Source: Camelus ferus (taxonomy: Eukaryota). Taken from it: 64,000 bases of DNA. A program made the position numbers and the translations under genes. The DNA is taken from positions 48,734,001 to 48,798,000 of the forward strand of contig NC_045697.1 of assembly GCF_009834535.1 (NCBI RefSeq), in the 5' to 3' direction. Shown here in pieces: positions 37,851 to 50,770 of the stretch (the stretch's first letter is position 1; each line of letters begins with the position of its first letter). A model generated the notes under the pieces. That model was given only the letters and a program-made list of their open reading frames with translations, searched no databases and had not been told where the DNA came from.

Positions 37851-39028
37851 AACATTTTCAAAGCTTTTTTTTTTTTTAATGAAAGAACAAAAAAGAAAAA
37901 AAAAAAACCCAAATATATTCTGAAGAGGAAAATATATCACTGCTCCTGTGGCTGCCCCCTCCCCTCTTTTTTTCTGTTCGCAAGCTGCCTCGCAGTTACA
38001 CATAAATATCCTTTCTCTTTATGTGGACCAAAGAGGGAAAAAGAGAAATATGTAAGAGTCTGCAGAAGCAGAGAGGAAAACTGTGGGTCTTTCTCTTCCT
38101 TTGGACGAACATCTCTTTTTGAACCACTGGCCAATAGGTTATTTTAAAAATTATATATGGGTAATGGATAATGGCAAAGAAGCTTTTGAAGTCCAAAGAA
38201 GTCAAAAGTCTGATAGAGATTCATACAGCTAACTGTTGAGGACAGTCAAGCCAAGAGGCAAAATAACGAATCCAACTCAATTCCCTTCTAATTCTTTTTC
38301 CTATCCCCCCAACCCCATCTTGTTTTTTCTTTCTTATCCAGTCAGGAAGCTAAGCTGTTTATATTGACTGGTTTAATTCAGGGAAGGGGCTGTTTTTGAA
38401 TCTGGCCTTGTTTGCAGTTTTTTTTCCTTTGGAGATGGGTGTTTGTTTTTCAAAGCAACAAACAACAAATGTTGTTTTAATTTATGCTTCCTTTAGTTCT
38501 GCAAATTTGGGGGGGGTGAGGGCTTTTTTATAAGAGGTAATGAAGCAGAATCCTCTTAATGGCAAGGATAGTTTTCTCACCAAATTAAAACCCATGTATG
38601 TTTTTTAAAAAAATAAAAAAAAAGAGTAGCTTTTCTTTGGGGAGTAAATAAATTTTAAACTAGGAAACTTCTCACACAGTTTGAGCTTACAATTCCTATC
38701 AATACAGGCTAGGGGAGGGGATAAAAAGGATATTTTCTTTTCTTATCTTTTTTTGTCCTTAACTTGAAATAACAGAATAATTTACAGCAAGAGGTGTCTG
38801 ATCAAAACATTTAAGACATATGCCTGCTAAAGCAATACACTTAAATGCCAACAGCAGGGATAGAATTTTTTCTATTTTATTTCTCTCTGAAAATATACTA
38901 CCTTCATTTATTTTAGCCAAATGAGCTCAGAGCTTTGTAAGAATATCACTTCATTTACATTAGTCTTATGTGTGTACAATGAGACTGGAAAATTTTGCCG
39001 TGTTTTATTTTTTTAAGAGGGATAAATC

Positions 39029-39206
39029 ATAGATAAACAACAAGGTCCTACCGTATAGCACAGGGAACTGTATTTAATACCTTGTAATGGCCCATAATGA
39101 AAAGGAATATGAAAAGGAATATGTATATATGTATAAATGAATCACTATGCTGTACACCAGAAATTAACACAATATTGTAAAACAGCTATACTTCAGTTGA
39201 AAAAAA
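39029..39206 (+). mobile_element. Young 5'-truncated L1 3' end
   Basis: Perfect 14-bp TSD AAGAGGGATAAATC (39015-39028 / 39207-39220), TTTT|AA target site and poly(A). Confidence 0.92.
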
Positions 39207-39394
39207 AAGAGGGATAAATCGTCTTGACTTTCCCATGGTATCTTTAATGGAAATAGTAGGGAAAGCTTTTGTTTCCTAGCTCAGAACACTGAGAAACACT
39301 CTTTCCCTTAAGTGTGGAGGCCGTGGCATCACATAGATAACAAAGTCAATATTAGTTAAACCTGTCTCTGCTTGGATGTTTCTTTCTGGGTGTT

Positions 39395-40905
39395 CATTCA
39401 TCTAAAATGCATGTTTTATTGAGCAACTACTATGCCGCGGGCACTGTGTGATGGAATCTGTCTGTCAGGCTGGAGGACAGGAAGGCATCCTACACAAACT
39501 GGGGGCCTATGAAAAGATTCTAAACTGAGGTCTAGGGAGTGGGTGGGATTTCACTGGGCAAAGAGACTGGAGAGAAGAGAGCCCAGCAAGACCCAGGAAT
39601 GGAAAGAAAGCAGTACAGCTGGAGTAGAGCCCAAAAAAGGAGCAGCAAAGGGGACTGGACGCAGCCTGGACACAAAGGTCTGGGCAGGCAGCTCTGGTCA
39701 GGTCCCGGTTAGGAGTCTGAAAGTTTATCCAAGAAGCAGTGGGAAGGCATTGGAAGTTTTAAGCAGAGGGATGGGATCAGATTTGCATTTGAGAAGGATC
39801 ACTTTGCCTGCAGTGGCCACTGGTGGGAGGGGAGCAAGGCCAGAGACTAGTTTAGAACGTGGCCCCAGGAGTACAGTCTGAAGGTGATGCGTCCTTCCAC
39901 CCCGACTGTGAGCTCTGTGAGAGCAGGGCTTTCTGCTTGGTTTACTTACTCTCTCTCAAGCACAGAGAACAGCATGTGGGACATGGTGGGTGCTCAGATA
40001 TCTGTTGAACAAACAAATAAACAGCCTGAAGTAGGGTAATGCCAGAGAGGATTAAAGGGGAAGATGGGGATAAAAATTAGGAAGTGGAATGGATAAGGCC
40101 TTGTTAATCTTTTGTGAAACTTTCTTTAAAATGTTTCTTTATACAGTCATGCTTCTTTGCATCCTTTCCATAATCAATCTACTTGATTCAATATCAATTA
40201 AGTTACTTTCCAAATAAGATGCTAACTTTTTTGAAGTGTGTAAATCAATGATTTTTAGTACATTTACAGAGCTGTGCAACAATTACCGTCATCCGGTTTT
40301 AGGACATTTCCATCGCCTTAAAAAGTTCCCTTATGCCTTATCCTTGCTCTCACTCCCAACCTCAGGCAACTCATGATCTGCTGTTTGTTTCTACAGATTT
40401 GCCTTGTTCTAGATATTTCAAATAAACGGACCCATACGATATGTAATCTTTTAGGCCTGGCTTCTTTCACTTAGCAGCATGTTTTTGAGGTTCATCCTCA
40501 TGTTGTAACATGTTTCAGTACTATAGTTCATTCCTTTTTATTGTTGAATAGTACCCATTATACACCATATTTTGTTTACCCTTTGAGCAGTTGATAGGCA
40601 TTTGGACTGTCTCCACATTTTGTCTGTTATGAATAACGCTGCCACGAACAGTGAACAGTTGTGTACAAGACTTTGAATGGTCAGACAGAGGCCCTGTTAA
40701 GTTGGATTAAATGTAGGAGGTGGTGAAAAAAATGGAGGGGTCAAGGAAGATGCCTAGACTTCAAGCTTGGGCAACTGGATGGATGATGATACAATTCACT
40801 GAAAGAGGGAAGAACAGGTGAAGAGTAGCTTTGATGGGAAAGATGACCTTAGTTTTGGGCAAGTGTCTGGGAGACAGAAGTGGGCAGATCCATAGGTCTG
40901 GAAGA
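39395..40905 (-). mobile_element. Fragmented L2, interrupted by a plus-strand L2 piece (~39895-40020) and an L1
   Basis: GGGAAGGCATTGGAAGTTTTAAGCAGAGG, GATTTGCATTTGAGAAGGATCACT and TTGGGCAACTGGATGGATGATG. Confidence 0.7.
40226..40685 (-). mobile_element. L1MB-like 3' fragment
   Basis: TTTAGTACATTTACAGAGCTGTGCAAC, CTGGCTTCTTTCACTTAGCA and TTCATTCCTTTTTATTGTTGAATAGT. Confidence 0.85.
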
Positions 40906-41132
40906 TTAGGTTTCTCAAAATGTCTAACAAAGGCCTTTTTTTTCCCTCTCTTTTGAGCAGTCTGTTTCATGTTTAAGACTTACTTCTCAAGCATAATAAA
41001 AGCAATTCTTTGCAACTTTGGCTCTTCTCTATATAAATCTGACCACAAAAGAAATGCATAAAACATCATATCAAATAATTCACTTTGGTTTGCATAATAA
41101 TTATAATAACATCTCTTATTTGTTCAGCATTT

Positions 41133-41651
41133 CTTTTTAAAAAAATTATGGTAGAATACGCATACAGTTTACCATCTTAACCATTTGAAGTGTACAGTTA
41201 AGTGGCATTAAGTACATTCACATTACTGTGTTGCCATCACCACCAGCCATCTCCAGAACTCATGCATCTTTTCAAACTGAAACTCTGTTCCCATTAAACA
41301 CTAACTCCCCATTCCCCTGCCCTGCTAGCCGCCACCAACCATCATTCTACTTTCTGTCTCTATGAACTGACTACTCTAGATACCTCATCTCAGTGGAATC
41401 ATACAGCATTTGTTCTTTTTGTGACTGGCTTACTTCACACTTAGCATCATGTCAAGTCTCACCCATGCTGTAGCATGTGACAGGGTTTCTTTCCTTATAA
41501 AGGCTGAACAATGTTCTGTTATGTGTAGATACCACATTTTGCTTACCCATTCATCTGTCAACGGACACTTGCTTGAGTTGCTTCTACCTTTGGCTACTGT
41601 AAATAATACCACTATGGACGTGCATATCCACATAGCTCTTCAAGTCCCTGC
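41133..41651 (-). mobile_element. L1MA/MB-like 3' fragment
   Basis: TTTACCATCTTAACCATTTGAAGTGTACAG...AAACTGAAACTCTGTTCCCATTAAACA. TSD TTGTTCAGCATTT (41120-41132) / TTGTTCTGCATTT (41652-41664). Confidence 0.9.
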
Positions 41652-42944
41652 TTGTTCTGCATTTACTTTCAAGAAATTACAAAATGTAAGAGTTGGAAGA
41701 CCTTTGTCACACTTTCATACGTCATTGTCTGAATAATGCATTCACATGAACAGTTTAAGACTTTTTTTAAAGAAAGTAAAGCGAGGATGTATTAAGGGAT
41801 AAACCGTACACTCTCAGGGGGAGAGTGGGCAGGCTCCAGTGAGCAGCTCAGGATTGTCATTACAAACATCTGTCTGCACTGAGGGAGACCAGAATTTTCT
41901 CCAGCTTTAAGAGACACTGGGTATCACTGGACATTTCTTAAACTCTAGACCTACAGTGTGGCAAACTGCCCTTTTTTCCTTTTTTAGGATTTTGATGATA
42001 CCACCTTCAATCAACCAAAACTTGAGACTCCAATCCCCAGTAAAATTCTTTCTTTTCCCGATAATCTGTAAGGGCCTGAAAGTGACCCAGTTCTGCTTGC
42101 TTCTGTGATCAAAGTGTTCAGCGGGAGCGCCTAGTGCACTCGGAGTCTTCTGTGGTTTGCCAGGTCAGGTGGGTCGGCCCTGACACAGTAGAAGTTGCCA
42201 GGACAGCACTTATCAGGGAATGAAGTTACAACACGATTTCAGTCTACCAGGCTCAGGAGAGACTGCTGAGAACTGCCACGAATTAAGTTAAGAAAATTGT
42301 TGAGTTTACATAGATACATAAACGTCAGAAAACACCACTGTAATCGTAAGAGATGTGGCAAAAAGCAGCCACATCCACAGAACCGTCCAGAACCCGAGGG
42401 AAGGCCCTGGGTCTCACCAGTGCTGGGGGAGGAAAGCCACACACATGGGTCTGGGCCTCAGAAGCACGCCCCTCCTCTGAGGGGCTCTGTCTTCTGTGGG
42501 ACTTCAAGCTCTATGGCCAAGGTGCAGATGGGAAGCCACAGCTTCCTGGAACACCCTCCCAGAGGCCTCACCCTCAACTGGTATGAAAGGTGGGACAAGA
42601 AATTAAACACAGGATATCAGTGGCAGGGAGATAAGAGATTAAAAAAAAAAAAGAAAAGAAAAGAAACATGGATCCCAGCCAGGCCACGCTGCGTGAGTGA
42701 GTGTCTCACACGGGCAGCTGCGACCACCTGCAGACTTAAGGCTGTTCCACTAATAATGAGGCCCAAGGGCAGAGGCTCATTTTTACCCAAGGCCCTGAGA
42801 GGTAAAAGATAGGCAGTACACCTATTCCCCCTATTTCTGGAGGGCCTGGGCAGCTGTGGAATCCCCAGTGAGAACTGTGGAAGCCTTGGGCCCTCCTTAG
42901 GGCGTGGGGTCGGCGGTGGGGGGGGGGGCGTCCTTCCCTCTGAG

Positions 42945-43110
42945 TTAAGAATTCTCACCCCAGGCTGCACCTGCAAACCATTTGGGAGCCTTTTAAAACC
43001 GGAAGCCCAGGGCCAACCCCAAACCAACTGAGTCAGAATCTTGGGGGATGATCCCATTGTCATTTTAAAATTTCTGCAGATGAATTCTCATGTGCAGCGA
43101 AGAATTGCAG
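42945..43110. mobile_element. MER5-like hAT MITE
   Basis: GGCTGCAC...GGGAGCCTTTTAAAA...AACTGAGTCAGAATCT...ATTCTCATGTGCAGC. Confidence 0.7.
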
Positions 43111-43225
43111 CTGTCAGTCAACTAGGGAGTCTGGCTGCATAAACTCAAGAATGATCAATTACCTTACTGCATACATTTCATCAGACGACACAGGCATTCC
43201 TCCAAAGAGAGACATCTTAGGAAGC

Positions 43226-43632
43226 TGTATTAGTTAGCTAGGGCTGCCACAGCAAAACACCTGGCTGAAACGATGGAAATTAATTCTCTCACAGTTCTGG
43301 AGGCTGGAAGTTCAAGATCAAGATATCAGCGGGTTGGTCTTCTTCAGAGGCCTCTCTCCTTGGCTTGCACGTGGCCATCTTTTCACTGTGTTCTCACTGT
43401 CTTTTCACTGTGTCCTTCCTCTGTGTGCATCCCTCATGCCTCTGTGTGTGTCCGAATTTCTTCTTAAAAGGACAGGAGTCAGACTGGATTAGAGCCCACC
43501 CTAAGGGCTCATTTTAACTGATTATTTAAATATTTAAATGTCTCTAAATATAGTCACATTCTGAGGTATTGGGGGGTCAGAGCATCAACATATGAAATTG
43601 GGGTCGGGGGGCGGGACACAATTCAGTCATAA
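43226..43632 (-). mobile_element. MaLR solo LTR (MLT1B/C-like)
   Basis: TGTATTAGTT...CTCACAGTTCTGGAGGCTGGAAGTTCAAGATCAAG...AGTCACATTCTGAGGTATTGGG...GGACACAATTCAG. Confidence 0.88.
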
Positions 43633-43989
43633 GTTCTTTAGATGGCAAGGTGGCTTTCCTAAATAAATTCTTTGACTTCACAAATACCAAATGTTTTGTT
43701 TACTTAAAGTCAGAATTTCCTGATGACTAAGCAAGCCCCTTAGAAAAAGAACTGTTTAAAATTATGTGAATGCTGAGCACGTGGTAACTGATGAAGGGCC
43801 TACGGAGAAAACGCTCTTTTTAAATGGCCAGAATTAATGCCAGGAAGCAGCTCACCTAGGCTGAAAATCTGGCTCATTATCTTCAACTGCTAGGGGACAA
43901 GAGCCAAACATACTTGTATGTACAGCGCAGATAAGAAATTGTTTGAGCAGTCAGACAAGGTGTCTCAAAACAGCAGCTTGGGGTAAGGC

Positions 43990-44290
43990 CGGTGTCATGA
44001 CTCAGATTCCTATGGAAACGGAGAAGGTAAATGCATGAAGCGAACCAGGGGGACTGGGGGTGCCTGGAACACTCGTGCGCCATCTCCAGGGCCTTGCAGA
44101 AAATAGGTCCACCGTTACCTGAGCTCCCAACTTCTAAGAAAAAAGCTGGACAGGTTTTTATGTGAAAATTTCCAGTTTTTACATGTTGGAAATTAATTAA
44201 AAAAAAAAAAAAACACCACCATTCTGGGGGCCAAATAAAACACTTTTTCAGGAGAGACTGGGCTGGTTGGCAGCCGGTCATCGCCTCTGG
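43990..44290. mobile_element. hAT-type MITE (MER102-like)
   Basis: GGTTTTTATGTGAAAATTTCCAGTTTTTACATGTTGG and GGGCCAAATAAAACAC motifs. Confidence 0.55.
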
Positions 44291-45266
44291 TGTAAAGCCA
44301 CAGGATGACCCAGGTTCTAGTCTTGACTTGGCAAGTTGGGTGACTTTGCCACCAGCTTGTCTGGAATTCATCTTGAAATATAAGGGGGCTTTATGAGAGT
44401 TTTGTGAAAGTCAGGTACACAATTCTTTTGTTCTCTATTGGAGGAAATGCAAAATCCTCAAGTCCAATGAGAGTTTAAGGCTCAAGGACCCCTAAAACAC
44501 CGGCATCTAAACGGGAACAGGTCAACTCCACCAGCTCCCTCCCTCCCTCAGCTAGTTTCAAGCTGACAGAAGATAACTTTTCTTGGAATGGATTTAGCTA
44601 GTTTAAATTTTTTTCTTTGGAACTAAGGAAAATGCTGTAATCTAGGCATGATTTTCAATAAATGTTTTCCAGATTGCCAGAGATTTATATGGTGGCTTAA
44701 ACCAATAAACCTCAACGTCTCCCGGCAGGATCCGACACCTCTGGAGAAGCAAGGAGGCAGCAGAGTGTAGAGAACAGTGCTCTACCCAGGAATCCAGGGA
44801 CCCGGCTCTGAGCTCACCCCTGAGGAACCAACTCTGTGAATCCATTTCTCTGATCTTCAGTTGGCCTGTAAAGATCTTGGGACTTCTCAATGCTAAATTC
44901 TATTATTCTAGTTACCAAAATTAAAGTATTAGTTCTCAATTCTGCAACCAGTTATAAAGGCACCAGGAAATGACAAAAATCAACTTGGTCAAATCACTTG
45001 AACCTGTGTCTGAGTTTTCCAGTCTTAATACTGCGAGCTAGGGAACTCGATCATGTTGGATGGGCTGTCAAACTCAATGTTGGGGAAGCACTTAGATGTT
45101 TTCAAAGGAGTTTTTGTAAATGCATAGAACACAAGTAGGAAGGGAGAATTACTGAAACCACTGTAAGTGGGAGTCTTTAGGAAGAAAATACTTTTGAAAC
45201 CTCAAGCTTTGAAAGCAACTGGATAATGAAAAGTGATGCTGGTTTGAAAGTTTCACCATGGACTGC

Positions 45267-45837
45267 TGTGGTAGGCAGAATTCTAAAGATGGCCCCATGA
45301 TTCCTGTCTCCTGGTTACTCAACCAGACATTAATTTACTGTGAGGGGAGTTTGTAGATGCAATTACAGTTCCAAGACGATGGACCTTAAGATACAGAGAT
45401 TATGCAGGTAAGTCTGACCCAACCAGGTGAGTCTTTTTAAAAGCAGTAAGGAAGACAGATATTTACAGCACAGGGCATGGGGGGAAAGAATCGATGTGTT
45501 TTGCAGGCTTAAAGATAGAGGGGTCCATATGACAAAAAGGTGCAGGCTGCCTCTAGGAGCAGAGAGCTGTTCTAAGTGACATCCAGTAAGGAAACCACAG
45601 GAACTAAACTGAACCAACAATTTTAATGAGCTTGAAAGTGGATTCTTCCTGAGAGCCTCCAGATAAGAACCCAGCCTAGGTGACAGACATTTCATTTCAG
45701 CCCTGTGACCCTAAGCACAGAACTCAACTGAGTCATACGGGACTTCTGACCTGCAGAACTGTGAGCTAATACATTTGTGTTGCTTTAAGGTGCTATGTTT
45801 GTGGTAATTTGTTACACAGCAATAGAAAACTAACACA
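45267..45837 (+). mobile_element. MaLR solo LTR (MLT1E-like)
   Basis: TGTGGTAGGCAGAATTCTAAAGATGGCCCC...GTTTGTGGTAATTTGTTACACAGCAATAGAAAACTAACACA, with 5-bp TSD ACTGC/GCTGC. Confidence 0.9.
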
Positions 45838-45849
45838 GCTGCCAGCAAA

Positions 45850-46407
45850 TGTCGAGAAGGCTGGAATTGGATTGTAAGATGTTACAACCACTTTGGAACA
45901 TGGTATGGAAGTTTCTTATTAGGCAAACACACATCTACTCTGTGATCAAGCATCTCACTCAGGTATTCACCCAAGAGAAATGAAAACATATGTCTCCAAA
46001 AAGACTTGTACTCTAATAGCCATAGTAGCTTTATTCATAATAGCCCCACACAGGACACAGCCCCAGTGTCCATCAGCAGGAGGATGGATAAACAATGAAT
46101 ACAAGCAACAACAAGGATGAAGTTCAAAAACATTATGCTGAGTTAAAAAATACCACATAAAAAGTACATACTGTGTTATTTCATTTATAAGAAGTTCTAG
46201 AATAAGCAAAACTAATCTATAGTGAAATATACCAGAACACTGGATACCTGGGGGCAGGGGTGGGGATGGACTAGGAAGGGGCACAGAACTTTGGGGGATG
46301 ATTAAAATGGTCTGTATCTTTTTTCCTTTCTTTTTTTTCAAATATAAGTATAGTCAATTTACCATGTTGTGTTAATTTCTGGTGTACAGCACAATGATTC
46401 AGTTAAA

Positions 46408-46490
<83 letters not shown>

Positions 46491-46850
46491 TCCTTCTCAT
46501 ATTCTTTTTTATTATAGGCTATTACAAGGTATAGAATATAGTTCCCTGTGCTATACAGTAGGACTTTGATGTTTATCTATTTTATATAGAGTAGTTAGTA
46601 TCTGCAAATCCCAAACTCCCAATTTATCCCTCCCTCCCCTCCCCCTCCATAACCACATACAAAAGTTTGTTTTCTATGTCTGTGAATCTGCTTCTATTTT
46701 GTAAATAAGTTCATTTGTTTCAAAAATGGTCTATATCTTGATAGAGGTGTAGTTTACACAGGTGTAGATATTTGTCAGGACTCACTCATGTAATACTTAA
46801 GCATACATTTCAGTTTGTAAATGATCTCTCCATAAAAATATATTGAAAAA
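45850..46850 (+). mobile_element. Old L1 (L1MC/ME-like) 3' region interrupted by a younger L1
   Basis: ACCCAAGAGAAATGAAAACATATGTC, GCTTTATTCATAATAGCCCC and GCAAAACTAATCTATAGTG; resumes after 46739. Confidence 0.85.
46321..46722 (-). mobile_element. Young L1 3' fragment carrying (TG)12 and (TA)25
   Basis: TSD AAAATGGTCTGTATCTT (46304-46320) / AAAATGGTCTATATCTT (46723-46739). (TG)12 at 46408-46431 and (TA)25 at 46438-46487. Confidence 0.92.
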
Positions 46851-47469
46851 CAAATTAGAAAATAATTCAAACCTATATGTTGCAGACTAGTTATCACTAA
46901 GGTGTTAATGACTCTCTCTTAGGAGTATCCATTTAAAAGCAGACAGGGCAAGAATTAACCCAGAGACTCGGACATATGAGTGCCTGAGCAGCTGGATGGA
47001 AAATTGATGGGCAGTGAGGCCCATCTAGAGAATCTCAAACCCCTGCACAGACTTCCTCAAATAGTCTTGCAAAAAATTGCTACCAAAAAAAACAAAAAAA
47101 CAAAAAAACCCTACTACAAGTTTATTTGATGCCCAAGTCCAAAATGCTCAAAGGTGAATGGCAAAGATGCTGGGAGGCTGCAGCTACCCAAGCAAGAAGG
47201 CTCTGGACAGGAGTTGGGTGCACAGGACAAGGGGAATTGCCCTGAGACTCCCATGTGAGGGAGATGGGGCGGGAGCTTCAAATGCTCAGATCTGATGGCC
47301 AAGGGACAGCAACCCACAGAGGTGGCCTCCAGGTGACACCTGGCACACTGAGCACTGAAGGGGTCACTGCTGTGCAGCTACACTCCTGGTTTCTTAACAT
47401 GAACACACTGGGGAATGTGTAATACACTGGGGATGAGCTGCTTCAGTTAAAATAAACTCATCTTTTCTT

Positions 47470-47726
47470 TTTTTTAATTGTAATATAGTTGACATACAAT
47501 TATTATGTGAGTTACAGGTGTACAACACAGTGATTCACAGTTTTGAAAGATTATACTCCATTTAGAGTTACTGTTAAATATTGGCTATATTCCCCATGTT
47601 GTACAATATATCCATGTAGCTTATTTTGTCCCTAATAGTTTATACCTCTTAGTCTCCCACCCCCACATAGCCCCTCCCCCCTCCCTCACCCCACTGGTGA
47701 CCACTAGTTTGTTCTCTGTATCTGTG
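47470..47726 (-). mobile_element. 5'-truncated L1 3' fragment
   Basis: Perfect 17-bp TSD TAAACTCATCTTTTCTT (47453-47469 / 47727-47743). Confidence 0.92.
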
Positions 47727-47919
47727 TAAACTCATCTTTTCTTACTTGGTGGAAGAAGCTTCTCAAAGCCCATAGAAATTTCACTGGATTCCACAGAGTT
47801 ATATACTCTGGTGCTTGTGAAAGGACTCTAAACAGAGCCAACAATTGTAAGCTAAAGTTTTCTCAGTTTGACTAACGTGGCTGTAAATGAAAATGACCAG
47901 TATGAGAAGTGCTGCTTTA

Positions 47920-48021
47920 CGTATGACTGAACTATTGTGCCGTACACCAGAAATTGACAGAACATTGTAAACTGACTATATCTAAATTTTTAAAATTCTA
48001 AATAAATTAAAAAATTTAAAA
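47920..48021 (+). mobile_element. Very short L1 3' terminus
   Basis: GTATGACTGAACTATTGTGCCGTACACCAGAAATTGACA matches the end of the 5441 and 39029 copies; A-rich tail. Confidence 0.8.
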
Positions 48022-49918
48022 AGAAATGCTTTAGAAAGAGGGAAAGAAAGGTGGGCTGTAATTTTTCTAAGAAGCTCTAGTGGTTAGAATGGGGGGAGGT
48101 GGGAAAGGCAGTGAGAAGCAGCGAGGCCACCTGTTTGGCAAGATGTCTTGGGTCTGTTGGCCTCTGTCTTTAGGAAGTTCCACTGGTAAATAGAAAGTGA
48201 TAGGCACTCAGCCTCTCTGGAGGGAAAGAGTCAGTAAGTTCACCTGGGGAAGTTGTTGCTAGGGAGACGAGAGGAGCGGAGGGCTGAAGAATGAGCCTCA
48301 AGTACTTACAATGAGAGTTAAACTGAGACGATTTAATAAGAGGGGCACTGGAACCAAACTTTCCTGTTAGGGAGCCAACCAGAGAAGACAGAATGGACTC
48401 TCAATGAGATACTTTCTTAGGTGAGTCTTTGTTTTTGGTTTGTTTAATCATAACAATGATTTGAAAAAGCTGTACTAATGAGTCAGAAATGGGTTTGGCT
48501 ACATACACTAGAAACTAGTTACAAATTCTCTAATTATTACCCCCCCCAATTTTTTTTTTTACTAGGAAATGATACAATGTGCCACTGAATCCATAGGTTT
48601 TGTTCTTTTATGTAAGTGGTATGTATCTGACTGGTCAGTTTTTCAATCTGCTTGATTTTGATATTGAGAAATGTTTGATATTTTTGGCTTTGAGTGGAAC
48701 TGAGACTATTCACCCATTTTTCCATCCAAAGGTGCCCACATTAGCCATTACTTGGATCCTACCAATCATGTACACTGGGGGTGAGGGGGTTGGAAGAGGT
48801 TCCCATTGTACCCTGCAGGAATCCTTAACATAACTCCTAGTACACTGTTATAATTCACTATGCCTGGATTGTACCCCTCACTTGAAAACGAGGTTTTGAG
48901 GGGCATGCAATGGTTTGTCTTATTTATCCTTTATTCTTAATGCCTGAGTATCTGACACACAGTAGGCGGAAATAAATATTTTTAGTCTTGCTATTTCCTG
49001 TTCCATTCCCTATGGAGATGAAAACCAGTCCTGATTTTCTTTTTCTACATGAAGGCATGCACTCATTGCTCAATCTCAGATCCAGCCACATAAACTTTCC
49101 TTTGCTTTTCTATCTTTAGAACCCCTCCCCAGGGTTCTTTCCGAAATGAAGCAAGAATTTCTGAATGACCTGTGAATGCCAACAAGGGCAGTGAACACAA
49201 ATCACTCACCAAAAACCGAGGCTGGAGGTTGGAAAACCTGTGATCTGGTGGTCAGCTCCCCAACCTCACAGTCTGGTGGGCACTAAACAGATATGTCAGT
49301 GTCAGCGTGTGCCCTCATGTTCACAACTGTGGGATTGTGGGGATTTATTATAAATTGTATGGAAAAGTCCTTGGCAACTGCAAAACAGGTATTGTTATCA
49401 ACTTCATTTTATCTGTGTGGAAAAGGTCCAGAGGTGAAGGGAGCTGCCCTGGCGGATGCATTCAGTGGAATATTTGAACCCCAAGCCAGTGGTTTCCCCA
49501 CAGCCTCATGAATGTACTGAACTCTACGAAGACAGGACCAATTCCAGGATCGCCCTACATGACCATAAAGGAAGACACAGGTGGCACTGGCCTGAGAACA
49601 TGTGTCCTTGGAAAGGGTCCTGAAATCAGCCCAGTCCACAGGGAACCAGGTACTGACCACTACTAGCCTGACTGACTCGTTGGGCCTCCGAGATGGTCTG
49701 TTCTCTTCGTATGTCTCTATCAGGAAACCCAATAGTCACAGAGCCGAGAAGCAGGTTTTCTCTATAATTAGTGCAACAGGCCAATGGATGTCACTGTTGC
49801 ACCATAGAAACAGAATCTCAACCCCAAGGGGACTTTGAACAGCAACACACTCACTGCTTGGTTACTTTAACAGAGCAGAGGGCAACTGAAACCAAAGGAG
49901 ACTGTTTTAAGTGGATGG

Positions 49919-50770
49919 TATGCTATTGTAATTTATAAGAAATATATATCTATTCAGTCTTCCAGATCTTTCCCCAGTTTCTGGCTCACAGTTCCCAGAC
50001 CTCACAATTTCCTAAGGGATGGAAGCTTCACAGTGTCTTTTCTTATGTTAATGAGATGACTTTTGGAAGGCACCTCAGGTTGTTGCCAGTTGCCAGTGGA
50101 GCTAATCTTAAAATGAGAGGGTTGGAACTTTCAGTCCTAACCCCAGACCCAGACGGCAGAGGGACAGGAGGTCAACTTCAATCACCAATGGCCAGTGATC
50201 TTATCAGTTGTGCCTATGCAATAAAGCCTCCACAAAACCCCAAAAGGACAGAGTTCAGAAAGCTTCCAGGCTGGTGAACACGTGGAGGCTGGGGAGGTGG
50301 AGCACCTGGAGAGAGGATGGAAGCCCTACTCCCTCCCGCTGTACCTTGCCCAAGGCATCTTTTCCATTGGGCTGTTCCCAAGTTACATTCTTTCACAATA
50401 AACTGGTGGTCATTTTTTTTGAGTTCTGTGAGCTGCTCTAGCAAATTAAGTGAACCCAAGGAGGAAGTCGTGGGAACTTCTGATGTATAGCCAGTTGGCC
50501 AGAAGTCCAGGTAACAGCCCGGACTTGTGACTGGCATCCCAAGTTGGAGGGGGTCTTTGGAACCTCCAGTTTGTGGTCTGTATATCAGAAGCACAAGTAA
50601 CCTGGGCTGCGTCTCATTCTGAAGTGTGTTGTGTTCAGTCTTGTAGGACTGAACCCTTAACCTATGGAATCTGATGCTATCTCTGGGCAGACTGTCTCAG
50701 AACTGAGTTGAATTCTCAAACACCCTGCTGGTGACAGAGCACTGCTTGTCAGTGTGGGGACATCCCACTG
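49919..50770 (+). mobile_element. MER21-like LTR
   Basis: TATTGTAATTTATAAGAAATATATA start, GAGGGTTGGAACTTTCAG, ATCACCAATGGCCAGTGAT, TGAGTTCTGTGAGCTGCTCTAGCAAATTA and GGACTGAACCCTTAACCT. Confidence 0.88.

Noticed and set aside
38129..38160. CCAAT plus TATATA as a promoter
   Set aside because: Spacing is only ~20 bp in AT-rich DNA, with no CpG enrichment or exon support.
42297..43063. 171-aa and 148-aa ORFs
   Set aside because: No domain similarity; they include homopolymer and MER5-derived sequence and lack splice support.
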